DNA of 63,839 nt, taken from positions 1 to 63,839 of the IMG/VR virus record IMGVR_UViG_3300022752_000068. One strand, written 5' to 3'. The DNA is from a virus (Duplodnaviria; Caudoviricetes). Under the pieces are notes generated by a model. That model had not been told where the DNA came from and did no database searches. It saw only the letters and a list, made by a program, of their open reading frames with translations. Position 1 is the stretch's first letter, and each line of letters opens with the position of its first letter. Made by a program: the position numbers and the translations under genes. Below are positions 30,301 to 38,648 of this stretch, piece by piece.

Positions 30301-31001
30301 TTATAAATTGCCCAATCACCTACCCCCCAGCTTGTTATGCCATTAAGGTTAGTTGCGCCCGCTACGGAAACAACGTAGTAATAACCTTTTGTGCCAACGC
30401 TTGAAGTTAATGTTGGTGTGTTAGTTGATGCGTTCCAAGTTCCTTGATAGCTTACAGCTCCCTGTAACGCTGCTGGTATTTGGGAAAGTGGTACAGTACC
30501 GCTTCCGTCCAATGTTGCCGCGCCGTTGGCCGCTCCTGCTGTTAATAATGCGGCTGAACCAAGGCCAAGTGAAGTCCTTGCCTGCGCGGGTGTTTCTTGC
30601 GTCCATGTTGTCCCGTTTCCGACAATGAAATTGTCCAAAGTAGGAGTCAATGCTGCAATTGCTGTCAAGTCAGAATCTAAAGGTTGTGCATCTGTTATTC
30701 CGTATCCGGCTAGCGTAGTCGGCTTTCCAGTCACATTAGAAAAAGCTGGTGTAATTGTGACATTGGTTGATGCGGTTAAACGTCCTTGTGCGTCTACTGT
30801 GTATTGTGGCGTTTGCGTTGCGCTGCCGTATACACCTGCGGCTACCGTGGTATTCGCCAAATTAGCCAGCGGTAATTTTGCATTTCCGTCTAGCGGTGCA
30901 TAACCGTTGGCGGCTCCTTTATTGGCTGCGTTTTCTGGAGTGAAACCCAATGCCGCTATGATGTCGGCGTACAGTAACTTAATTTTTGTTATGAGTGCCA
31001 T
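27396..31001 (-). CDS. Long tail fibre / receptor-binding protein
   Basis: 1201 aa, T/G/A-rich; GKPTTLAGYGITDA and ARTINGVAFDGTANI fibre motifs; internal c.100-aa duplication. Confidence 0.85.
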   Translation of the reverse strand: MALITKIKLLYADIIAALGFTPENAANKGAANGYAPLDGNAKLPLANLANTTVAAGVYGSATQTPQYTVDAQGRLTASTNVTITPAFSNVTGKPTTLAGYGITDAQPLDSDLTAIAALTPTLDNFIVGNGTTWTQETPAQARTSLGLGSAALLTAGAANGAATLDGSGTVPLSQIPAALQGAVSYQGTWNASTNTPTLTSSVGTKGYYYVVSVAGATNLNGITSWGVGDWAIYNGTAWEKIDNTDAVTSVNGYTGTVVLSSADVGAVPTTRTISTSTGLSGGGDLSANRTLALANTAVTAGIYGSATQAPQYTVDAQGRLTASANITITPAFSSVTGKPTTLAGYGITDAQPLDSDLTAIAALTPTLDNFIVGNGTSWVLETPAQTRTSLGLGTIATQNANSVAITGGSIAGITDLAIADGGTGASTQQAAINALAGATTSGQYLRGNGTNVTMSAIQVADVPTLNQSTTGNAATATALQTARTINGVAFDGTANITIADGTKLPLAGGTLTGQFISTLANNTTTGGGQIYLNGTSGNRVDFNWAGVAFPSTTTRSAGTKLVFYPQVTASTVDYAIGIGAGSLWYSSPSSTSSYFHRWYAGTSNIMALRGDARLFVGTNEDYRGIMTITANSEVVYAANTDLTEAGRFFVMQNYSTSNIANQYSSITLQINPTGTLPSGRVLCDIRLIRDGANTSNGYFLFSGFRQDGTYKDFAKLGYDSSYFVGSLGIGTTTPSTTLDVAGSVKATHSAAVPFELVKTGSTGIDGAALLVRNTNASHSYGVVSEFRVETLTGSDRASIILTNSSNLNWLIGGGTNADDDFRINANGGYRNSSFGTTLLKLGRTTGDLTLNQTTDGAGLVLPYGGRIYKKVGTGIVLRRATGNTEIQIENNDGTSATNILTATTGELKRTYSLPDTGGAAQWIKLGEATNVNQNGSKICITVAMSSGYTAQISQNQITNIFFKTSNNSSFQTGSTGNFYADGYYTIENVVTQIAPSAVRVVQVSNNTYHFYISCPSFTGGSQYDITCANVTWTNTASFTTPTGNYIDLPKIAGTPRFTAGLVNNTSLSAFLDPVPYTTEIIDSLFFTNNSGAITINYDGTYEINYQTMAYHTDSSAGITVESAVRRLRSGTLTALSGARSRHAASTDTNVTSQSASASTIVNLQANDVIRVSAYVAVGSATTANLIGGSTMNRISIKKLLN

Positions 31002-31003
31002 AT

Positions 31004-31420
31004 TTATGTCGCCGTAAATACGCCGTTAACAGCATCCAATACTACTGAGACCTGTTCTCCAGCATTAACTAATTGCGAAGAATTATAGTCCCAATAAGCT
31101 ACTGGGACATTTGTTGTTGCGTTCCAAAGTATTGCATATCTAAATGTAAAGCCAGCCCCAGTCGCAGTCCATACCGCCGGACTATTTAAAATTAACCTAA
31201 ATGTTCCTGTTGATTGCGTTGCTGACACGGTAGTAGCGGGATTACCTCCAGCCGTATAACCATTCAACGTTGGCAAATCCGTAGTGCCTGGAACAAATGT
31301 AGTGTCCGCAGAATTAATTGTTGAGGCCAAAGCAATTTTCCATGTGTCTGTGCCTGCGTTCATACCCTCAAGCATGGGTTCAATAGCGGCAGGATATTTG
31401 TTATACGATGCTGTAGGCAT
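31004..31420 (-). CDS. Virion structural protein (similar to 25239-25655)
   Basis: WKIALA...NGYTAGG...FRYAILWN...YWDY motif. Confidence 0.6.
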   Translation of the reverse strand: MPTASYNKYPAAIEPMLEGMNAGTDTWKIALASTINSADTTFVPGTTDLPTLNGYTAGGNPATTVSATQSTGTFRLILNSPAVWTATGAGFTFRYAILWNATTNVPVAYWDYNSSQLVNAGEQVSVVLDAVNGVFTAT

Positions 31421-31433
31421 TTATTTCTCCTAA

Positions 31434-31607
31434 TCAAGCCATGGGACCGCGGGCTTTAATCCCTTTGGTAGCCGCACCCGTTCCCCTAATTTTTATACCG
31501 CCATCAACCTCGCCTCCCTTTTTGAGTTTGGTCATGGGCTTACCTGGGTGCATGTTTTTTTCATGTTTATGCACTGCTTTTTTTGCATCCTTGCAACTTG
31601 TTTTCAT
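31434..31607 (-). CDS. Small basic protein (57 aa, not in ORF track)
   Basis: MKTSCKDAKK...LKKGG...GIKIRGTGAATKGIKARGPMA, read directly; AAGGA RBS. Confidence 0.6.
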   Translation of the reverse strand: MKTSCKDAKKAVHKHEKNMHPGKPMTKLKKGGEVDGGIKIRGTGAATKGIKARGPMA

Positions 31608-31617
31608 GGTTATTTCC

Positions 31618-32046
31618 TTATGCTGTGATTACTTGAACCGTCCCTACATCACCAGTAGCGACAAGACTATTTGGGGTCAGTCCATCTGCATCATGGCTTG
31701 CGCCGCCTATCGGTCGCCATCCCCATTCTATTACTCTACTTCCTTCAGCAGGGTATCCATTACCCAGTAAACTTGTGCCGCCATTCACATCTATTTGCAA
31801 TCCAGTGTAACCTGATTGGAAATAACTGCTGTCCGGCCTTGGGTTTTGTAATGCCTGCGGGTCATCTACTGGGTACATGCCTACTTGCAATTGTGGTTGG
31901 TCTGGCTCCCAACAATCTCCGCAGACCAAGAGATTTACTCTTTTAGTCTTTACGGTTATTTCGCGCAATGTTTTGAGTTTAAATTTGAACCCACACCTAT
32001 CACACAATGCAATCGCATTTTTGCCGCTTGCATATCTGTTGCCCAT
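31618..32046 (-). CDS. Conserved phage protein with CxxC...CxxC zinc finger
   Basis: CDRCG and CGDC motifs, DPQALQNPRPD. Confidence 0.65.
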   Translation of the reverse strand: MGNRYASGKNAIALCDRCGFKFKLKTLREITVKTKRVNLLVCGDCWEPDQPQLQVGMYPVDDPQALQNPRPDSSYFQSGYTGLQIDVNGGTSLLGNGYPAEGSRVIEWGWRPIGGASHDADGLTPNSLVATGDVGTVQVITA

Positions 32047-32047
32047 G

Positions 32048-32980
32048 CTATCCGCCTATATAGTAAGCACGTGGAGCAACACGCAATGATGCTTTTTCCC
32101 TGTCTTCTGAAGATGCCAGCATCCACTGTTCTTCGTAGTCTGCTTTTAGTCTATCAAGCCGTAATTGACCTTCGGGTGTTTTCATTGCAATGTAATAGGC
32201 TAATCCAGCTACCATGGCAGGATACATTCTAAAGTTCATGTCCTGCGTTTGAATACCTGAACCAGCGTCTTGCAACCGCCTCAAACGGTAGTACACCAAT
32301 TGATAGTAAGGATTGTCCACCGTTCCTTGGTCTGGTATTGGCCATATATTTACGCTGGGCAACTGCGCTAAATATACGTTTGCATTAGCCAGATGACTAC
32401 TTGCCGCAGTTTTGTTCTGCGCTCTGAAGCAGTTATACAGCGTGTTGCCATCGATATATGAGTAATTTATATACTCATTCCCAACACGAATAAACCCATA
32501 CGCAGGCAATCCCTGAGCACTGGTTAATGCAATAGAAGTATCTGTTGCGCCAATTGCAGATGCCAACGTAGTGACTTGCGTTTCCTGCCCAGATAAACGC
32601 TGAAGCATTATCTGTATCGGCCTTGCTTGCGTTAGCTTGTTTGGTATGGTTGCATACGTTGAAACGCTTATGCGGGTTATTGTCAAATCAGATTGTGTGC
32701 TTGCGCTATTAGCAAACGTCCGTATTTGATGCTCAAGCAAATCAATCGTATCTATTGGCAATGGATAGCAAAACTGCCCTTGCTGCAAATTCAATGTACC
32801 AGGCTCAATCGTCCACATATTGATGCCACGGTTAGCCCATTCAATTGTCAACAAGTTCATTGACCTGCGAGCAGTCTTGAGGTCGTACCCTGTGCGCATT
32901 TCTTTTCCCGCACGTTCGTATGCTTCCTCCGCTATTTCGGTGAAGTTCATGTCAAACAGTGTGGTTCCTGAAGTGCTCAT
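32048..32980 (-). CDS. Head-tail connector/adaptor-like protein
   Basis: EEAYERAG...TARRSMNLL..EWANRG.N.W...AGLAYYIA.K. Confidence 0.6.
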   Translation of the reverse strand: MSTSGTTLFDMNFTEIAEEAYERAGKEMRTGYDLKTARRSMNLLTIEWANRGINMWTIEPGTLNLQQGQFCYPLPIDTIDLLEHQIRTFANSASTQSDLTITRISVSTYATIPNKLTQARPIQIMLQRLSGQETQVTTLASAIGATDTSIALTSAQGLPAYGFIRVGNEYINYSYIDGNTLYNCFRAQNKTAASSHLANANVYLAQLPSVNIWPIPDQGTVDNPYYQLVYYRLRRLQDAGSGIQTQDMNFRMYPAMVAGLAYYIAMKTPEGQLRLDRLKADYEEQWMLASSEDREKASLRVAPRAYYIGG

Positions 32981-33156
32981 TTTGCTGCGTTCATGTTATC
33001 AACCAAATTTGGGTACGGTCTACCCGCCTTCTTAGCCGATGCTTTAGCCTTGGTCTTTTGTTTGGTTGTTAATGGTGTAGATTTACCAGCAGGCTTGGGC
33101 TTTTCCCAAACCTTCTTGGAATCCTTTATAACACCCATTCCACGACTCGGCATCAT
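32977..33156 (-). CDS. Small basic protein
   Basis: Lys-rich, ends GRPYPNLVDNM. Confidence 0.5.
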   Translation of the reverse strand: MMPSRGMGVIKDSKKVWEKPKPAGKSTPLTTKQKTKAKASAKKAGRPYPNLVDNMNAAK

Positions 33157-33157
33157 A

Positions 33158-33526
33158 TTAGCCACAACGCTTTTTAGCCATACCGCCGCCAGCCATCTTA
33201 ACCATTGTTGCCGATGTCTTGCCACGTTGGGCTACCCCATCTGCACGGCGTGATGCAGAACCTACACCACCACCTTTCTTCATGCCGTATTCAGCTTCTT
33301 CATGTTTAATCATTGACTTGGGCGCACCCTTTTTTTTCATGAAACCAATTTCTTTTTTGGCCATTGCTTTGCTGTCTTTCATGTCGTCTCCTTTAAATTT
33401 CATTCCCTTACTTGCCTCACTATACTCTGTTGCTACGCTTTTTGGTATTCCTACCTTTTGTGCAAATGCCGAATTATGCGCAGCAGCATCCATAAGTTTC
33501 TTTTGCGCTAATGATTTTGCTGGCAT
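33158..33526 (-). CDS. Small basic protein (MxxGG / RADG.A.RGKT motifs)
   Basis: Lys/Met/Gly-rich; start at MPAKS after GGAAG. Confidence 0.55.
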   Translation of the reverse strand: MPAKSLAQKKLMDAAAHNSAFAQKVGIPKSVATEYSEASKGMKFKGDDMKDSKAMAKKEIGFMKKKGAPKSMIKHEEAEYGMKKGGGVGSASRRADGVAQRGKTSATMVKMAGGGMAKKRCG

Positions 33527-33551
33527 TGGTCTTCCACCTTGCTCAACAGAT

Positions 33552-33839
33552 TTACCGCCTATATGCGATGCTATTTTCTTGTTCATGGCTTATCTTAGTA
33601 GTCTGATAAAATACTTGCATCAAGGTATCAATTTTATTCTCAATCTTGTTAAGCCTATTGTCTAAAACTGATGTCATTTTTTCTAACTCATCACGTGTAA
33701 TATTGTTTTTCAAAACCTCTTCGCGTGTTTTGTTTAACAGCATTTGTGCACCTCTTAGTTCGCCCCAAATAACCTTGATAAACCAAAACCCAAGGCCCGT
33801 AACACATGATAATACCGTGTTCCAAAGTGTGCTTTCCAT
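33552..33839 (-). CDS. Small membrane-anchored coiled-coil protein
   Basis: N-terminal TM followed by coiled coil. Confidence 0.55.
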   Translation of the reverse strand: MESTLWNTVLSCVTGLGFWFIKVIWGELRGAQMLLNKTREEVLKNNITRDELEKMTSVLDNRLNKIENKIDTLMQVFYQTTKISHEQENSIAYRR

Positions 33840-34094
33840 TTAACAATTCCATGCTTTTAGTGACAAAGCCTTGCGCGTGGGCTTCCCCTTCTCGTCTTTC
33901 ATTGGTCCAGGCATACCACTCATTCTGGCGCAAAACGATTTTCTCCTAGCTGCATCCTTTTTTGTTTTAGGATGCGGTGCAGGAGGCTTTAGGTTCATTC
34001 CCTCTTTTTTTGCAGATGCTCTGCCCTTAGCATTTAACCCGCCGGATTCCGACTTGCCTTCTTTTCTCTGCCATGCAGGTGTTTTGAAAGCCAT
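33840..34094 (-). CDS. Conserved small basic phage protein (DUF6321-like)
   Basis: AWQRKEGK...GGLNAKGRAS...RRKSFCARM.G...W.C. Confidence 0.6.
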   Translation of the reverse strand: MAFKTPAWQRKEGKSESGGLNAKGRASAKKEGMNLKPPAPHPKTKKDAARRKSFCARMSGMPGPMKDEKGKPTRKALSLKAWNC

Positions 34095-34121
34095 GTTTTC
34101 CCCTTTGGGTTAATGTAATGG

Positions 34122-34427
34122 TTAGCCGTAAAGCAGCGTTGCAGAACCCACATTTGTTAGGGTTGCATGAACGCCTGTTTTACAAAGTAACCCCTGCCCA
34201 GGCATGAGCAGGTAAGTAGGTTGCGTTGCCGATGCAACAGTAGGGATAACGGTAACAATGTTACCGCTAGCCCCGCCGTCACGTAATGTCAAAGTTCCAG
34301 CAGACGCACCAGGCACAATATAAATGCCCTTAATGCGAACCCGACCTAAGACCGTTCCGTTTACATCGTTCACAGCACCCGTTGCGGTAACAACCGCACT
34401 TGAGCGTATGTCGGTTTGCATCGTCAT
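34122..34427 (-). CDS. Virion protein
   Basis: 101-aa beta-rich ORF downstream of the capsid gene. Confidence 0.55.
   Translation of the reverse strand: MTMQTDIRSSAVVTATGAVNDVNGTVLGRVRIKGIYIVPGASAGTLTLRDGGASGNIVTVIPTVASATQPTYLLMPGQGLLCKTGVHATLTNVGSATLLYG
34252..34264. promoter_or_regulatory. Palindromic site GTAAC-N3-GTTAC (intragenic)
   Basis: GGTAACAATGTTACC at 34251-34265. Confidence 0.6.
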
Positions 34428-34439
34428 AATGTCACCCTA

Positions 34440-34979
34440 TTACGCATCAGCAAATGGTGTGACAACAATACCGGAACCAAGCACAATGCCTGTTACCATG
34501 TATTTGTTAGCAGCAACCGCTACAATATTAATAATTGTGCCAGCAATACCGCCAGTGGTTCCGCCATTTAGGTTGATAAAGTCATTGGTTGCACCAGAAA
34601 CAAAACCAACCATGACATTCCCACTATCAGTATCAATTGACGATAAAGAGCCAACAAACTTGTCAGTACCATTTGTGCCAATTTTTAAACTGTTGCCCGT
34701 AATGGTTGCTGGAACCATGATGGTATAGGTAACGCCAAGGTTGTTTGAAGTTGATGGATTGCGACCAGGCCCCGCTGTAACAGGGTCAGCCTCAATATTG
34801 ATGGTAGGCAACGTTAATACAACGTTTGCTGCTAATGCGCCGCCTACGGAAATAATCCGTCCACCGTGGTCTGTTGGGTTAATTTCTGTGCTGGCAGTAA
34901 CAGGAACCACAGTATCGGGTCCTTGTTGAAAAATGCCGCCTAATGACCGAACTGGTCCTTGAAATGTGGTCGTAGCCAT
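34440..34979 (-). CDS. Head-associated (decoration/fibre) protein
   Basis: MATTTFQGPVRS N-terminus and TPFADA C-terminus. Confidence 0.55.
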   Translation of the reverse strand: MATTTFQGPVRSLGGIFQQGPDTVVPVTASTEINPTDHGGRIISVGGALAANVVLTLPTINIEADPVTAGPGRNPSTSNNLGVTYTIMVPATITGNSLKIGTNGTDKFVGSLSSIDTDSGNVMVGFVSGATNDFINLNGGTTGGIAGTIINIVAVAANKYMVTGIVLGSGIVVTPFADA

Positions 34980-34988
34980 AATGTCCTT

Positions 34989-35047
34989 TCATGCAAGTAG
35001 CGTATTCGTCCGCATGATGTCAAGTAGGGAGTCTTGTCGAATACGCT
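34989..35047 (-). ncRNA. Structured leader RNA with pseudoknot, possibly the Mu-gpT-DE motif
   Basis: 10-bp stem 34999-35008/35038-35047; pseudoknot 35012-35017/34989-34994; lies downstream of a gpT-type capsid gene. Confidence 0.5.
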
Positions 35048-35065
35048 GATATATCCCATTCCTGC

Positions 35066-35094
35066 ACTATAAGCCTTATAAAATCAAATGTCAA
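35066..35094 (-). promoter_or_regulatory. Sigma70-like promoter
   Basis: TTGACA-N17-TATAGT on the minus strand. Confidence 0.6.
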
Positions 35095-35098
35095 TGTA

Positions 35099-35126
35099 GA
35101 AAAAGCCCCATTTCTGAGGCTTTTTC
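35099..35126 (-). terminator. Intrinsic terminator after the major capsid gene
   Basis: AAAAAGCCTCA-GAAA-TGGGGCTTTTT hairpin. Confidence 0.75.
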
Positions 35127-35151
35127 ATTAAGCATTAACGCTCAATTTTTA

Positions 35152-36060
35152 TCAAGCACCAGGTGAGCCCCACATACCTAAGGGGTCAGCGACGCCGAAG
35201 CTGTACCGCTCTCTCGCCTTAAACCGTAAGTTACCCGTGTCAAAGTCGCCGTCACTTGAGGTAACGAGTTTGGTACGGACAAAGTGCTTCATGCCATTAG
35301 GCACATCGGTTTTGAGAAACCAAGCATCAGGGTCAGTCAAGAAGTTATTAACGGTGTAACCTTGAGAGATTACGCCATTAAACTTGATGGCATTGATGTC
35401 GTTATCTGCCGTTCCTACTCGTTGCTGAGTTTCTAGCAAACGGGTTGCTACGAACTGCAATGAAGGGGGAACAATCAGTTTAACAGGATTGGCTGCAATC
35501 AACAGGCCACGCTCATCCGTCCATTGCTGAATTTGAATGGTAGCGGCTTCAATGGCTGCTTCATTCAAATCAGTAGGAGTAGCGGCGGTGTTGGAGTTTA
35601 CGCCACCAGATGCCAAGCCGTGTTGAGTTGAGAACAATGCCACACCATCGCCTACCGCATAGGCTGCGTTAAAGCCATTGTTCAAAATGGCGGCAGCTTT
35701 GGTTTGCTTGGTGTAGTACATTGCACGGGTCAATGCCTTGGTGTAGCGAACTGATAAAGAATCATAGAGGTTATCCTCAATGGCTTCTTCGGTCAGCGAA
35801 AAACCACGTGCAATAGTTTCGTGGGTAAAACGAGCCGTCCAAACTTCTTGGCCGCTGTCATACTCAACCGCTGAACCTTCGTTCTTAACACCTGCGGCAG
35901 AAAACCCTGCCAGTTTCACTTCTTCCTCAAACGAACGCTCAGAAGATTCTATTTCATAGATTTCTTTGTGTTGCTCAGGATAAGTTTTGTAATCCAAGCC
36001 AAACAATGCGTTTAAGCCCGGGAGAAGCTCTTTAAGTAGCTGTGCGCGACTAGTTGCCAT
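35152..36060 (-). CDS. Major capsid protein (Mu gpT-like family)
   Basis: RAQLLKELLPGLNALFG, SERSFEEE, KARERYSFG..DP.G..GS.G. Confidence 0.9.
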   Translation of the reverse strand: MATSRAQLLKELLPGLNALFGLDYKTYPEQHKEIYEIESSERSFEEEVKLAGFSAAGVKNEGSAVEYDSGQEVWTARFTHETIARGFSLTEEAIEDNLYDSLSVRYTKALTRAMYYTKQTKAAAILNNGFNAAYAVGDGVALFSTQHGLASGGVNSNTAATPTDLNEAAIEAATIQIQQWTDERGLLIAANPVKLIVPPSLQFVATRLLETQQRVGTADNDINAIKFNGVISQGYTVNNFLTDPDAWFLKTDVPNGMKHFVRTKLVTSSDGDFDTGNLRFKARERYSFGVADPLGMWGSPGA

Positions 36061-36072
36061 GTTCTACTCTCC

Positions 36073-36666
36073 TTATACGCCAGTAGTGCTGTTATAGGTG
36101 TGGGTGTTGATTTTCACAACAAATTCCACGAACGTATCTGCACCAGTAGCAGTACCAGGTACCACGTCAACAATGCGGATGGGCAAGGTGTTGGTAGTAT
36201 TGGTTGTCGTAGAAATAGCTTGCTGTGAATTGCCAGTGCTCGAATTACCACTGTTAAGAACAACAGAAGTATTCTGACCAACGGCAGTACGACCCATGCC
36301 TGCTACAACAGTTGTGCCAGATACTGACACAACCTTGAACAATACAGAGGGATCATCCACCACATAAGCAAACGCATTACTTGAATTAGCAGGTGCATAC
36401 TGACCTTGAACAGTTTGACCCATGCTGTTAACGTATTGAACGCCAACGCACACGCCCAACGCATTAGGCACAGCAGAACCGCTAGCAGCTACTTGGCAAA
36501 CGCCATTAGCCGTGAGTTCAAGTAAATCCCCATCATATACTGCCGCAGTAGTCAAACCAGCGGTAGATGCAATGGGCACTAAACGGGTAGAACCCGAAAA
36601 CGGTGTTCCGCCAATGCGGTTCATTGGCTGGAAACCGTATGGTTTATCAACAGTAGGATATGCCAT
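36073..36666 (-). CDS. Capsid cement/decoration protein
   Basis: PYGFQP...YDGD...VVDDP; directly upstream of the capsid gene. Confidence 0.6.
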   Translation of the reverse strand: MAYPTVDKPYGFQPMNRIGGTPFSGSTRLVPIASTAGLTTAAVYDGDLLELTANGVCQVAASGSAVPNALGVCVGVQYVNSMGQTVQGQYAPANSSNAFAYVVDDPSVLFKVVSVSGTTVVAGMGRTAVGQNTSVVLNSGNSSTGNSQQAISTTTNTTNTLPIRIVDVVPGTATGADTFVEFVVKINTHTYNSTTGV

Positions 36667-36689
36667 TTTGGTTACTCCAAATTAATTGT

Positions 36690-37139
36690 TTATCTTCCTG
36701 CGCCAAACGTAGTCTTGGAATTGGATTCCGTAAACTTACGCATACGCGGGTCGTTGTCTCGCATGTAATCTTCATCAACCGCACGCATATTTGCTTGTGT
36801 TTTGCCGTTGTAGTAATTAGCCCTCTGCTCCACAAATTCAACAGGCATCTTGCAAAGCAATAATCCTTGAATTTCAATGTTGTCTTTGAATTGACTCGAT
36901 TGGTCAACCATAAACTTAAACTGAGGTTGCTCCTCAATACGAACTGGCTCCCATCCCTCACGCATTTTTGATGAAACGTTTTTGGGGTCTCTATTGCCTA
37001 GGGCGGACACACGCACCCACCTAAACGCATAGCCTGGCATTTTTGTGGGCTCAGGTAATACATCAGGTTTAACCCATTGCTTGGGTCGTTCTGTGGTAGC
37101 TCGGTTTTCAGATTCACGGGCAATTCGATTTTCAGCCAT
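36690..37139 (-). CDS. Conserved head-morphogenesis protein
   Basis: FRWVR...NVSSKMREGWEPV...GLLLCKMP. Confidence 0.55.
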   Translation of the reverse strand: MAENRIARESENRATTERPKQWVKPDVLPEPTKMPGYAFRWVRVSALGNRDPKNVSSKMREGWEPVRIEEQPQFKFMVDQSSQFKDNIEIQGLLLCKMPVEFVEQRANYYNGKTQANMRAVDEDYMRDNDPRMRKFTESNSKTTFGAGR

Positions 37140-38064
37140 TTTGTTTCTCCATTCTTACAAGTTCACGTGCATACTGTTCGTCAGTTAGTCCCAATTTTTG
37201 CGCCAACCGCCTTGCAGATTCCGTCAGTACTACTTTTCTGGGGGCAGTACTTCTTGTAGCAGGGGCAACAATACTGGCATTTCTTTGTGCGCTTTGGCTA
37301 GGCTTGCCACGCCCAACCTGCGTATCATGGTCAAATTCCTCCGGAAACTTCTCACGCATCTTCTTGTCAATACGCTCGTAGTATTCTTCCGTTGTGGTGT
37401 AAGCAAGTCCATGTTTGCTTACTAAGCTCTCGTGCAACCCTAGAACCATACCCGTCATTTCATGATTTTTTCCAAACCACGGATTGCGCTCTCGCCACGC
37501 AACCGCCCTTGGGTCTTCTCTGACTGGCTGTTCTATTTGTTGCTCAGGCTCTATATGTACTTGATTTTTTTGGTTTTGTAAAGCACTTTGTTCACGTTGT
37601 ACCGCTTGATTGGCTCTCATTTGTGCAATATGCAACGCTTGCTGTGCCTCAAGCATCTTTTCTGAGTCGCCAGATTCATAGGCTTCTTTGTATAAAACCT
37701 GCGCATCTTTTAGTTGTCGTTGTGCCGCTTCTTTATATGTAGCAACCAATGCCGTTTCACTGTGCATGGTCTTGGCTTTGAGTTGTTTGTTTTCCTCTAA
37801 CAACGCTTGCGCAACACGGATGGCTTCTTGCTTTTCACGTTCTGATGCTTCTTTGGCTCGACGTTCATCATGCCAAACCTTTTTGTATTTTTTGAACGTA
37901 TTTTTTATTTCACCAGAATATTGTTCAAGCTCATCTTCTTCAAGCTCTTTGACAATATCCTCTGGCATTGGTTCTCTGCCACGGTCTTCTTCGGGGGTAT
38001 CATCCTCAAACGATACTTCAATATCCATATCGTCTTCGTTAATTTCTTGCGGTAAGGTTTTCAT
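37132..38064 (-). CDS. Scaffolding protein
   Basis: Acidic N-terminus, coiled coil, NPWFG, C-terminal A.KLGLT.EQYA. Confidence 0.7.
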   Translation of the reverse strand: MKTLPQEINEDDMDIEVSFEDDTPEEDRGREPMPEDIVKELEEDELEQYSGEIKNTFKKYKKVWHDERRAKEASEREKQEAIRVAQALLEENKQLKAKTMHSETALVATYKEAAQRQLKDAQVLYKEAYESGDSEKMLEAQQALHIAQMRANQAVQREQSALQNQKNQVHIEPEQQIEQPVREDPRAVAWRERNPWFGKNHEMTGMVLGLHESLVSKHGLAYTTTEEYYERIDKKMREKFPEEFDHDTQVGRGKPSQSAQRNASIVAPATRSTAPRKVVLTESARRLAQKLGLTDEQYARELVRMEKQNG

Positions 38065-38065
38065 G

Positions 38066-38470
38066 TTATTTCCTTTCAATGCCACGTGGGTCGTCAACTA
38101 CGCCTTCTACCGAATCATCATTGATAATTCGCCATTCTTTGCCATGGATTTTTAGGCGTGTGCCTGCGTGTGGTCGTACAAGGATGAAATCACCTTCCTT
38201 ACAATATGGGCCACTTGGAAACCTGCTTGCGTCCTTATAGCAATCCGGCCCAAGTTTTGCAACGTACAGCACCGTTGTAAGTAATTCCTCATGGTGCATC
38301 GTAATATCGGCCTTTATTAATCCGTTATCATATTTGCTCTCAATTGTGGGCACTGCACACAGTATGCGATAACCCACAGGGTCAGGCAATTGTTTTGCCT
38401 TCTGTTCTGCCGTCTCCGGCAAAATTTGTCCTGGGTCATTGGGGTTTGTGCCAATCAGGATTTCACTCAT
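38066..38470 (-). CDS. groES: GroES-like co-chaperonin
   Basis: PVGYRIL...GL...LGPD.Y...KEGD...HAGTR.KI.G.E.RIINDDSV.GVV. Confidence 0.75.
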   Translation of the reverse strand: MSEILIGTNPNDPGQILPETAEQKAKQLPDPVGYRILCAVPTIESKYDNGLIKADITMHHEELLTTVLYVAKLGPDCYKDASRFPSGPYCKEGDFILVRPHAGTRLKIHGKEWRIINDDSVEGVVDDPRGIERK

Positions 38471-38648
38471 CGTTTTCGTACCTTTCTGCTGCTTCGTTCA
38501 GCATTTGTTGTGCAAGACTAAGCCCACGAATAATTCCAGTCATGTGCTTGTACTCGCTAAAATCCTTGGGGTTTCCCAAGGCTATATCTCCGGTTCTTTT
38601 CCGGATTTCCTCTTGCAGTTTTGCCTGCAAATTCTTTAACTCGGTCAT
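38463..38648 (-). CDS. Small conserved phage protein
   Basis: DFSEYK.MTG.I.GL motif; lies between portal and GroES. Confidence 0.55.
   Translation of the reverse strand: MTELKNLQAKLQEEIRKRTGDIALGNPKDFSEYKHMTGIIRGLSLAQQMLNEAAERYENDE

Noticed and set aside
29823-30858. Tail-fibre repeats as a DGR template/variable pair
   Set aside because: No reverse transcriptase; both copies are coding and differences are not adenine-specific
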